Positions 11,139-46,300 of a stretch of 64,000 nucleotides of DNA are shown here, piece by piece. The translations under genes were made by a program, and so were the position numbers. The notes beneath the pieces are model-generated. The model did no database searches. It was given only the letters and a program-made list of their open reading frames with translations, and was not told the origin of the DNA. This stretch comes from Hormiphora californensis (Eukaryota; Animalia; Ctenophora). Position 1 is the stretch's first letter; each line of letters starts with the position of its first letter. Location of the stretch: contig CM035350.1 of NCBI GenBank assembly GCA_020137815.1, positions 7,812,001-7,876,000 of the forward strand, given 5' to 3'.

Positions 11139-12505
11139 TACTGATGTACTATTGACTGACGTGATGACAAACTAACAATACAACGTAAAATCCAATATTG
11201 CATGCGATTTCCTCCCAACATGTGCAAAGCGCGGACATTCACATTGCTCCTTTATCAAAACAATAATGATGCACATACTTATTATCATTTTCCTGTTGCA
11301 TTTCATTAATTCTACATATCGAATCAGAGTATATTGTTTGTAGGCATACGGTCTGGATCCTGAGAAGAGGCCATCTGCATCCTAGCCCCAGAGGTACCGG
11401 TATGTCGACCACATTTTGTCGAGGTTGCGATATATATCCTGCGGGATCGTACGTGCGCGCCAAAAACATTACATCTTAATCCACAGCGCGTTCCAACAGG
11501 TTTGTTGCGAAGCAAGATCGCAGGAAGATTGCAATGCACAGTTTGGCTTCCAGCCAGGACACACCTATGATGTACAATAGCACCGGTCCATGGTAGTACA
11601 TCTTAGCATCTGTAATTAGCTTCAAGACAGTAATGGTAGTCCTTAGTCGCTATAATTCATATGGTCCAGTGTGCACCCATCCACTCACGTGTATTTGGCG
11701 TCACGGCATTCAGCCAACTACAAAGACAAGGGCAAGAAAAATTTTGCTTTGTGTCTGACCACATTCCATAGTCTCCGGCATTTACTCACGTGAACGGCCG
11801 GTTGTCTAAGCAAATAAAACACATGAAACGAGGAACTTAACTTTGGCGGTAGTGCATGTCGTAGTTCGGAGGGCATTGTTTTGTGCGACAAGTGCAAATT
11901 AGAACTCCAAATAGAAGAAACGTAAGTCCATGAGAAACCACTATTTTTCTCACGTCACGTGGATACTATCCAAGCAAGACGGAAGTTTTGCGACACATTG
12001 TGACGTGACCCCGTAAGTGTCAGACTCTCAGTCTACACGCCAATACATCGCACATAGTTCATCCAGACCACCTTCCATGTTGGGAGAAATAAAACACTCA
12101 TATATAACAGATTAAGCTACAATCTATCAATAAATTGATTACTTAGCAATCAAGATCTAATGTATGTAAAACATAATTTAAATACAAATATCAAGAATAT
12201 ATATCATAATTGAACGAGAGCGATGTTCAAGGAAACGCCAATTAAACATGATTAAACACTCAATGCCACTAGGCAATTAAATGTCAAAAACAGTATCATG
12301 GAGCAACGTCAACGTTTACTCGAATACCTCTCTTACTGAAAACAACTTCTGTAAGCGTAGCAGACTGTATCATGATACACACAAGGTTTCTCAGCCAATT
12401 TTTGCACGGCAATTCTGATACACTTTATTAACCCGCAAACCGTACCCTTCAACCCGAAACACCAAAATATAAATCCTGTGATAACATTGTCCATCATAAC
12501 TTTTA

Positions 12506-28930
<16,425 letters not shown>

Positions 28931-29478
28931 CTAACTTGGACTAAGATCAAATGGGGGCACACGAATCTAGTGTCTACATATATTGTGTAGCTCATACAGC
29001 ATTTTCAATCTTGAGGGTTGTTCGGCAGATATATATCACGAATGTGTTCTTTCGAATTTAATTCAACGAATGGCTACTTTTTTAGTAAGTAACGAGTAAC
29101 TAATTCTTGTCATTTTTCAATAAATTCAATAAATAGATTTGATATGGCATACTTATTACTGATTATAAAGTTTGTGGCTAAATGACTACAATGAACTACG
29201 GTCATTTCACTAAGTGGGATATTAAGTGAAAATTGGATTTGATTATTAGTTAAGGCTATCAACAAAACATAACTACCTCTCAAAAATTGCTTAGCTCGAC
29301 CCTCTCTTTACGCTGTAAAACACGCATTTAATTTTATTTTATTTACAATACTGATATTTACATAATAATAAATGCTATCATGTATTAATGAAATTAATTA
29401 AAACTAAGCAAGGGAAATGAGATTTATTAACTCTGATTACAATATTGTATGTACTCATATTTCGAAGAAAATCATATA

Positions 29479-29623
29479 AAGTCGGACTTCTTGAAGTTGT
29501 CACCCCCAAATGACCGTGAATGTGAAATTTACCAATTTTGATGCGCACACCACACGTTAACATGTGATGTGACGCACAAAAACATTCCGCGCAGGGGGGT
29601 GACAACTTCAAAAAATCCGACTT
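29479..29623. mobile_element. AAGTCGG-family MITE (short subtype, inverse orientation)
   Basis: Same TIR and internal sequence as 15136-15286. Confidence 0.85.
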
Positions 29624-29991
29624 TAATTATTATTATTAAATCTATATAACTTACACAATTTAATTGTATAAATAAACCCCTTTTTGTGGGCATCAAGTAA
29701 GTAACAACTGGTCAGAACTCAGAACTAGTAAGTAGTAACTGCAACTGGTTATTTGTAACAACACTGTTATCAGCTAAAACTAAATTCTAGTTGTGGAATT
29801 TCTTTATGGAAATGGTTCTTCGGGCCTCCATAAAATTCTTTTCGCCGTTACTAAAGGCTAACTACTGGGGCCTGCCGCCGCAGTGCCGCGTGTCAACACT
29901 CAACTATCAAAGCTTCAAGTTTTTCAAGGTATCAAAAAGTATCCTTAACCGGAGATGAGAAGATACAGCAGAAGAGAAAACAGAGAAGTGA

Positions 29992-30443
29992 ATTGGCATA
30001 TGCTACAGACCCCCATTACGATGCAGTGAGGCCTGAGCCCTGACTCGTGAGGGACAGTGCTTTTCCGTTTTCGAGAAAATGACGAAATTTGAAAAGTTGT
30101 TTGATGTTGCGCGGCGGTTTTTTTAGGTGCCTCATATTAACGCGCATAACCAAAATTTACGCCGCGCACAATTTTTACGCCGCGCTTAATATCATGAAAA
30201 TCCTGGCCTGTTTTTTTCTTCTTTTTTAAAAACTTTTTAAAAGCGCGTTTAAAAAGTGCTGCAGCAGTCCTTGAGCCCTGCTCGCGGGGGCTCTGAGCCC
30301 CCGGGCCCTGCTTGCGTGGGTTTCACACCCGCCCCTGGCCCCATACGCACATGGACACGTTCATTCGGAGGCCCATCTACGTCCCTGGCGCTGCCCTATC
30401 TTGAAAAGCGCTGCCTTTTCAATTGTCTGTAGCATATGCCAAT
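29992..30443. mobile_element. TIR element (ATTGGCATATGCTACAGAC) interleaved with the end of a GGGATAAGGCAGCGCTTTTCAAG repeat
   Basis: 19-bp inverted repeats at 29992-30010 and 30425-30443; the GGGATAAGG motif also occurs at ~3229 and ~55049. Confidence 0.6.
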
Positions 30444-31078
30444 GCCTTATCCCGCACTGATAGTGGCAAAAGGGTCTGTACTCTGTAGCATACACCAAAT
30501 ACAAATTCTTGATCGCTCATTTAAAATCCACTATCACGCACCATCGCACTAAACTGTGTATTTGCTCAATAAAAGAAAATCACCAGAGTCGCTCAAAAAT
30601 TGCGTAAACTGTTGTTTCACTTCTAATTTTATGTTGATCACAATTCATTCATTCAATGTTTTTATTTAAGATTCGTTAATGATTTCATTCCAAACACATT
30701 CATGATTCATTCATAATTTGTTAATGTTTCATATGTTTATATATTGTACATGTACACCTTATTTTATTATTGATGAGAATATTATATAATGATTTGATTT
30801 GATTAGCTTTGATTGATTGTTACTGAGAACAATTTAATTTTAAGATCTAGAAGTATGATTTCATATTCTTTCACCGACGACAGACAGAAGACGATCTGGT
30901 GGTGATTCCGAAAGGATGATCCGGCACTATGCTGTCTCGCCTGTTCGGCGAGACTTGGCTGTGTGACTGTTTACAGTCCCAGATGAGTGGTCCAAACCAA
31001 ACCAAACCAAACCAAATACACATAAAGTCACTGACGTAATTCTGTAACCAACAGGGGCTTGTCTATAGACCTTTTTTA

Positions 31079-31850
31079 ATGAACAAACCAGCCGAAATTA
31101 TTCCTGGGCTCTTTTTGGGGAACCGGAAGAGTGCGACGTTGAGAGAATTTACTGGTGTTGTGTCCCTATTAACAGAAGATCCACCTACTCTGGTGAGCAG
31201 CAATCGTATAATAATTCTAAGGAACCAATTAAAACACAACGGTAGAACATAGTACAAGGGTACTTTTCGTTAGGTGAAGAGTGATCTGTAACTTGCTCTT
31301 GAACAAACAGAACCTTTTTAGACTGAAAAAACACGCCATCTGTTTATTTGTGTAAACGATGTGCCAGACGCTAGAATCCTGCAAAGAATTGATGAGATCT
31401 GTGACTTCATAAACAACATCATGGAATCAGACGGAACTGGTAGGTGGACAGGTTTGTGCAGAATTTATTATTTTCCGACTTGTTTCTATTCTCCGCAGTG
31501 TTGGTGCATTGTAAAGTGGGAGTCAGTAGAAGTAGCAGTGTAGTGATTGCATACCTAGTGAAATGTCACCAATACACCCTGCAAGATGCCTTCCACCTGG
31601 TGCAATCTCAGAGGCGGACAGTTAGACCGAATGATGGGTTCTGGGTGGAGCTAATTGCACTTGAAAAGGTCTGGACCAAAAAGTTTTTCTCTTTCGAATT
31701 TATTTTTTCTGTGGGGTAAGAAATGAAATCTGAACATCATCCTTTTAGGAGTGTCGAGGGAGTAACACGGTGACTTTAGTGGAGACTGCAGCAAAAACAG
31801 TTGCACCATCCGTTCTTGCCAGTGATTTTGATAATTTTGTACCTTTGTGA
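31079..31850 (+). CDS. Atypical dual-specificity protein phosphatase, 4 exons
   Basis: PAEIIPGLFLGN...VNDVPDARI...ICDFI...VLVHCKVGVSRSSSVVIAYLV...VRPNDGFWVEL; intact HCxxGxSR active site. Confidence 0.9.
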
Positions 31851-31969
31851 TATTTCTGGATAGAACGCTTTCTATCAAATCGTTGGGTACTGAATGATAT
31901 GATTTCCATGTTTCTATTTCATGTTTAAATATGTACTAATCAATACTAATCAATTGACCTGGTGATAGG

Positions 31970-32291
31970 ATGGGTGATGGAGGGAAGTCTATTCAGTCGA
32001 AAAACTGGCCGGAAGTTAAGTGGAGGAAAGTGGAGCAACCATCAATAAAACCTAAAATTAGGTTGCCCAAGATAGAGTGAGTGTTTCTTCTAACTAAAAT
32101 CAGATCACTGTTCCTACTTTTACCGCATACATGTTTCTCTAATCCCACAACCCTCATTCAGAGATCTACCTATCAGTAAAGAGTGCTCCCTTTCTAAACC
32201 ACTTCGAATACCTCACGTACAAAGGACAGAGGGACAGGAGGCTGATGGGGGATACTCTGATCTTTCTTGTCTTCTGAGGTGTGGAAACATT

Positions 32292-32388
<97 letters not shown>

Positions 32389-33087
32389 TCCCCTTCTCTC
32401 TCTCTTTCTTTCTCTCCCTATTATTTATCCCACTCAGGATGGATCTATTTCCGGGTCAGCATGTTGCTGCTGTTTCAGCCTACACCTCCACATTTTCCAA
32501 CCCCTACTTGGACCCCATGGCCCGGAGAGCAAACACGACATCACATCGTCGACGTTGTTTGGGTTTTACAAAGCGGCTAGAACATGACCTGTCAGTCAAG
32601 AGAATTAAAGCCGCTTGGAATGAGTATTATGAGGGTAGAGAACCCATTATCAACTGGGAGGAGAGATTAAAAAGATCGGCTAAAATAAGAACATCCCCAA
32701 CAAGAAAACCAAAAGTTGTCGAACAGGTCAGTTGAGTTACGGAATTTTACTATACTGGTTATGTTTACAAATCATTTTGGCTCTGAATTCAAGGAAATAT
32801 AATAGGTTGTACCTTTTTTTTCTAAACCGAATCCATCCAGGACGATAACTAGGTTGTACCTCACCCAGCAGCACCCCAAGAAGAAGCCCCCTCCGTCCAA
32901 GAAGCAGCCCAAGCCAACTGACGAGATTCCACAGGTTCCCGACCTAGATCTAGGGGACATGGACATTTTCAAGTCGAACAAGACCCCTGATTGGGCCCGA
33001 GATGCCGACTCGATACCAGAGGAACTGGACAGACCATCAAGCATAGGGAATGAGGAATTTTGGTCTTTTTATGAGGATCCATTTTAG
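31970..33087 (+). CDS. Uncharacterised protein, 4 exons, basic body with acidic C-terminus
   Basis: Phase-consistent GT-AG splicing joins 31970-32076, 32162-32278, 32438-32726 and 32806-33087 (MGDGGKSIQSKNWPEVKWRK...EEFWSFYEDPF*); no family recognised. Confidence 0.6.
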
Positions 33088-33451
33088 CATGTGATATCTT
33101 TTTATAATACAACATAAATTGTAGTGTTTATGATTTTAATTGAAAGTGGTATGTCTTAGAGTTTTTTAGTGAAATAGTTTTGTGATTCTTTATGGTTATT
33201 TTTTATTTTTGCAAGGTTTGGTTAAGTTATTATCAGATGCATACAGTACTCTTCGGAATGTGTAAATATGTATGTACAACACAACATTGATCTTATAATC
33301 GCTCGCTTTATTTTACCTCTGCCGTTTCTCGGAGCGAAGAAATAGATCATCTCTCTCCTTTTCCCTATCTGTCAACCACTCTTTATCTCAGTCTCGTCTT
33401 TCCAACATATTTTGGTAGACTCCCACACTAACATCCTGGTGCCATTTTAGC

Positions 33452-40055
<6,604 letters not shown>

Positions 40056-40506
40056 GATCGTATATGATTCAAACTGTCCCCCGGCCCTCCTTATACTGCA
40101 CGGTGATCAAGAATATGAACTCAGGAAGAAATGAGAGAGATAATATAATGTGGTTATGTCACGTCAAGGAACAATAGCACGCGTGGTTTTAATGCTTTTG
40201 TACTTCTGTTTACTTTTTTTGATTGGCCAACACGGCCACAGGAATAACAAGAACAAAGTCTTTATATGAGGTGTGGAAGGTGAATAGAAATACTGAAATT
40301 ATCGTCACCACAATTTGTACAATCTTCATTCCATCATATTCTTTCTCACTATATCTCATTCACTATCAATATAACTCTAATCAATCTGTTTCTCTCTTTT
40401 CTTTACCACCCATAATATCACCCCAAACTAAAACCAGCATCCAAAATATGTCTCTGAGTGCGTACAACACAAATAATTTTATCTACAAAGTGTCCAACCT
40501 ACCCCC

Positions 40507-43202
40507 TCACATAGCGACACTGAAAGCGTCTGCTAACCGGTCGTAGTCATCTGATTTTGAGAACTGTATACAATCGTCATTGGTTGAGGAGGATAGAGGA
40601 GGAAAGAGTTGTGTGAAATCGAGCACTAGTTGCCGGGCCTTCAAGTGTATCACCTAGGAGGGTAGAGAATGAAAATGAGCAAGTCAGGGAGGCTCAACAA
40701 AGTTGGAAGGCTTGAAGTCTCGGACTTCCAAAAGTGTGCTTACCTTGGCCCAAATTAGTGTATTCTCGATAGGCCTCTTGTCTCCCCATCGCTGCCCAAA
40801 ACTCAACATGACATCAGGTTCAGGAAATGGGTCTAACAAAACCTTCTGATCACCCTCACTCTGTACTTTTAGATACTGGAAAAAGAGCGGCAAAAATCTT
40901 TTCTTGAAGTCAAATATCTTAACCCGCTGACCCCTGAAAATAAGAAGCGAAAAATGTTATATTATTCCAGAAACGAAAAAACAAAAAAGTAATTCAGTCT
41001 CCTCCGGTATATAATTACCTCTCTAGTTTGGTAAGGAAACCCCGCTTGTCACCAAAAAACACGGCACACTGGCACAGTCGGGTTGCGAATATATCGCCCT
41101 GGTCCTCCTGTAGGACGACTCCTCGAGTTAACGTCCCCAGGAGTGTCTGGGTCGCTTTGGGTGTGCTGTTCAGACACAGAGGCATGCATATCTGGGGGAA
41201 TGTGGGATTCAAATCATTGTCAATATATTTCAAGATATGGTTTTAGTAATGTTGAGTAATGTTACCTGTGTTGCAGCTTGTGGCCCATACAGTTCATTGC
41301 TCATTTCATCAGTCATTTGTACCCTAACTGGACAGTAGTACAGTCTCGCCCCTACAGGGTTACTAATTCCATATGCAGACACACCTACTGTCTTGTAGTA
41401 TATCGTTATGGCCATGCTGTTCGGATCTGTAATGGACGGTGGGTGTCAGTCAAATATATATAGTCCAAACATCAGGTACGGACAGAGATATGAATTCGTC
41501 AGATATACTCATACTTACTGTTTTTCTTTGGTAGTCCAAACTTCGCTAACACGGAAAGGTAGTCTTCCGGGGGATTCTGAGGAATGACTCAATGAGAGGG
41601 GGAATTTTACATGACACAAGAGAGAAAGAAAAGATACAGACAGAATTTGTCTGTGCGATGCCTGGCAGCTTTCCCCGCTAAATACCCAGGAGCACGACTC
41701 GCGAGAAAGGGTCAGCTACAGGAGGAAATCAAAATGGGGGGAGAGAAATGAAAATCAAATGATCAAATCAAAATGAAATGGGGGGTTGTCATTTTCTCTG
41801 TGCGCGCGTCTATTACAAACAATCCTGAGCGCGCAGCAGCTTCTATGCTATAACAGAGTTACCGCGTCCTACGTCTACAATTTAACACCAAATGTATAAA
41901 CGAGTGTACCGTGTAGATTGTAGTACCTGTAGATCAATCCCCTCCAAGCGGGGTCGTTTCCTCGTCTTAGCGGAATACTCAGAGGGATTGCTGGGAGCTC
42001 CTAACAGCTCATTCATTGGTAGATCATCCACATCCCCTGCACTGCTATTACTCGTCTCTGTCTTTGTTTCACGGAGCTCCTGGCGTTGCTTTTTCAGTGA
42101 TAATAACATTGCATTTTGACGTGAGTTGAGGGCCGGGATCCCTGACTGTTTCCGTAGTTCATCCAGAGCATCGTGTTGCTGGTTGGGTGATTCGGATGTA
42201 GGCGTCGGGGTGCTTTGCTGCGTGTTCAAACTTGAGCTCGAATCAGATATATTCTGGGAAATGGGGGAAGAATTAGAGAGAAAGGCATTGTCTTTCAAAC
42301 TTTCAACACTACTCTTTATACCATTTAGATACTCACAATGTTTCCATTCTCAACATACACATTCAAACTTCAAAGTAGTACTTATATATATTCCCAACAT
42401 GACCTAATACACTTCAACTTCCTTCTTATCTTGGTTACATAACTTGTGTTTCAATTATATATTTCCCTCTCTCCGAGCTCGGTGTTTTCAAATTTTCCTC
42501 ACTACTCTTGTTTCAATTTCTCCACCCCACACCCCACACACACATATATTTCACATACCCCCTACACACATATTTCACATGTACCTACCCCCTACACACA
42601 CATATTTCACATACCGATCGTGCCAGCATGACATGGTGCCGGCTAGCTGGAAGGGTTGATTCCAAGTCCATGGCTGAGGAAGAAGATGCCTCCCCCTGTG
42701 TTGGTAATGTTACCTTGGAGAGAGAGAGGAGTTAAGACAAAAGTCAAAACTCAAAACAAAATATAAAGTATGATCATGATTTGATTAGGTTCTCAGCGTC
42801 AGAAGGTATCCAAAAGTACTCTCGTTTCGTATTTTAAAGGACGAGTAAACCCGTTCCTTTAAATTTGTGAGGGAGCTAGTATCCAAGGTGAAACTAAACA
42901 AAACATTTGGGATATATTACAAACCTGTTTCAGGATCTCATCAATGTCTTGATTGTAAACAGTCCCACTAGCACTGCGGATGTGCTGTTTATCAAACCCA
43001 GTACCTCCCCCTCCTCCCCCCGTGACATCCACATAGGAAGTCACCACACTAGATCCCGGACTCATCTCTAGCTCGCTAGGGTACTCTGAAGAGGGATCTA
43101 TATTATGATGAGGTACTGTCAGAGTGTAGCTCTGTAACTGAGCATACTAATTTTAACTTTTTCTATCTTCATTTATTTCTGAAGAAGTTGAGAGAGGGGG
43201 AT

Positions 43203-43282
<80 letters not shown>

Positions 43283-43318
43283 CGAGAGAGAGATAGCGAG
43301 AGAGAGAGAGAGAGAGAT

Positions 43319-43385
<67 letters not shown>

Positions 43386-46300
43386 TGCGTATAATATTTA
43401 CCGTTTTCACTTGATAGTACTGAGCTCACATTGGACAGTGGCGAGAATAACGACTGAAGGAAAGTTAGGATTATGAACAAATGGTGATGTAATACACATA
43501 ACACATAACATATTGCAACACATAACATATTACATTGAACAGACTTGCTAATTGAGCGGTGTGTGTGTATTGTGTAATAGCAGCAGGAATGTGTAACATA
43601 CACTAATAGAAATCACACACTCATTATAACTAATATACTGCAATTAACAACTCACGTCGACAGATCGTGGATCCTGAGGGTTCCTGTACTCCCACATTCC
43701 GTTCGGACTGACTGTGTTAGCCGCCCCCATGTTTGATGGGGTAGCAGGGCCCACGGAGCAGGGTGTCAGGGGTCCCGAGGACGCTGAGGATGCTGGACTA
43801 GGTCCAGGTTGGTGGAGGGTCGGTTCAACTGATCTCGGTGTGGCTGGTGTTGCTGGGGAGTCTAACATTGTCGTGGTGGTTGTCATGGTAGCAGTGTTGG
43901 TTACTATGGTAGCAGTAGCGGGAACCATGGTAGGAGTAGCGGGGATCATGCTTGGCACTGAGGCTGTTATATCCCAGGATGTTGTTGTCGAGACTGGTGC
44001 TGGAGTTAATGGCGGTGGTACCTGAACGAAGGAAGATATTGGTTACGCTCTACACACATAAAATTTAGAGCCAAACCCGATGCTGGATAAGACCGATATA
44101 TTATATGATTGGACATTTTGGGTAAACCAATCCCGGGTTTGAGGCTGTAAAGTCCCCTAATATGAGCCGAGGTTAGTCGTTTATTGCAGTACTATTCTTT
44201 TTAACAAGATTGTGGCCAAAGGAAAGCAAATAAAAAGGTTTTAGTAAGTCCATGTTACTATGGAGTATACTGTAGCTACCTCCCTTCTCCCTCAACAACC
44301 ACCACTAAACACACACCATGTCAAGAGGAAACAGAGTTTTGTTGCGGTAAATTTACCACCCCCACCGGCGCCATGGCTTAGTTGGTTAAAGCGCCTGTCT
44401 AGTAAACAGGAGATCCCGAGTTCGAATCTCGGTGGTGCCTTTTGTGTGCTGTGACTACTTTTTTTGTCTTACAGAATCTCTCTTCTGTCTAGAAAGCATT
44501 GAGTTAAAAGCTCGATTCTTGGTGACAGATAATCGCTGGATTTTTGTTGGGGTTAAGAGCGAGCTGCGAGGGGGCAACAGTGGTATGGTAGTTCAATTTT
44601 GATTATACCAAATATATATCATAGTACTTGATAGTGGAACCGGGACAGCTGTCGTGGCACTAAATCTCTCTTTCACTAGATCACTCTACATTATTATATG
44701 TATAATTATCGACTATCGCCTCTCAACCCCCTGTCAAATCCATTTCCCCCTCCAAACCTACAATTCCAATTTCATTTCCCCTCTTCCCCTCTTCAAACCT
44801 ACAACTCCAATCCCCTCTACAGTACCTTGCCCGGAGAGGATGAGAGTTGTTGTTGGGACCGCTTACTGGAACCCCGGGTTGTTACTTCAAACACGCTATC
44901 AGCCGGTACTGGGGGGGGAGTGGTTAGAGGGTTAGAGGGGGAGTGGGTTAGAGGGTTAGAGGGGCAGTGGGTTAGAGAGACATGGGGAAGGAAGGTAGAA
45001 AATGTTGGAAAGGGAAGACTAGAAACAAGATCCTGGAACCGGGTCCTTTATACTCCCAAAGGGAAAACGCGGCTAGGTAAAATGATAAAAGTAGGATTGT
45101 CTAGTGTTGTCCTATGTTGAGGTCACGTTTGTTTAGTTAAAGTAGTAATTTACATCCCGCCAACAATATAAAGGTCAAGCTAAACATGGAAAGAATTAAT
45201 GTATTGGTGTTGGGAAAGTCCTGTCTCTAAATAATCCCAGCAACGAGTTAACTAGTAAACTTAAAACTAGGCAACACCCCATTCCCCAATGCCACTTGCC
45301 TCTACTCTCTAGTAGAGCAGCTTTACCATGTTTCAAATGTAAAGGAGGGCTAGAACATAACCAGGGTGTGAACTGCATGTCGTGTTTGCTAGTCGCGAGC
45401 GCGCTTGCGAGACAAGCAAACACGTCAAGGTTCATTAACAAGCATGCTGCTCAGTCATTTTAGATTTAATACACAATGTAAGGATACCATGTAATAGGTG
45501 AGACTCTTGCCGTCACCCTCGTTCAAGTCCCGTGAAAAACGGAGCAGTACACGCAAACTGATGCCCATTTTCCTCGCGTGACCCCGATTCAGCAGTTTGA
45601 GACACCAACTCTTTAGGGGGCCATATCTCAGGAACCAGACAAGATAGGAAAAATCGCCGTCTAATGAGGCGTACAGTTTTTAATCTAGTTTACCACTGTA
45701 CCGGCCGTTTCACTCTCCGACCTAAAACAAAAATCGCAACCCCACAAAACTTCAAAATAATGAAATTCGCATCTCGCATGTCGTGTTGCATGTCGTGTCA
45801 TGTTATTGACGCGCTCGCGTTCAACTCTCACACAGCAGCTGCAGAACATGGCGGGAAACATCGAGGAGTAGAGAGAGGGTCGGTGCCGAATCAAATATTT
45901 CTTGATCTTGATCTACTCCATCTCTCAGCTATCCTACCCTTCATCAACTCGATCTCTCAGCTACCCTACCCCTCATCTACTCCATCTTTCAGCTACCCTA
46001 CCCCTCATCTACTCCATCTTTCAGCTACCCTACCTCCCATTTACTCCATCTCTCAGCTTCCCTACCTGCCATTTACTCCATCTCTCAGATTCCCTACCTC
46101 CCATTTAATCCATCTCTCAGCTTACTTACCTCCCATTTACTCCATCTCTCAGCTTCCCTACCTCCCATTCACTCCATCTCTCAGCTTCCCTACCTCCCAT
46201 TTACTCCATCTCTCAGCTACCCTACCTCCCATTCACTCCATCTCTCAGCTACCCTACCTCCCATTTACTCCATCTCTCAGCTTCCCTACCTCCCATTTAC

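Noticed and set aside
11200-12480. Possible small gene between the RasGEF and RIIa genes, including a kinase-like LDPEKRPSA at ~11352
   Set aside because: All frames are interrupted by stops, no consistent exon chain was found, and the motif is flanked by stops
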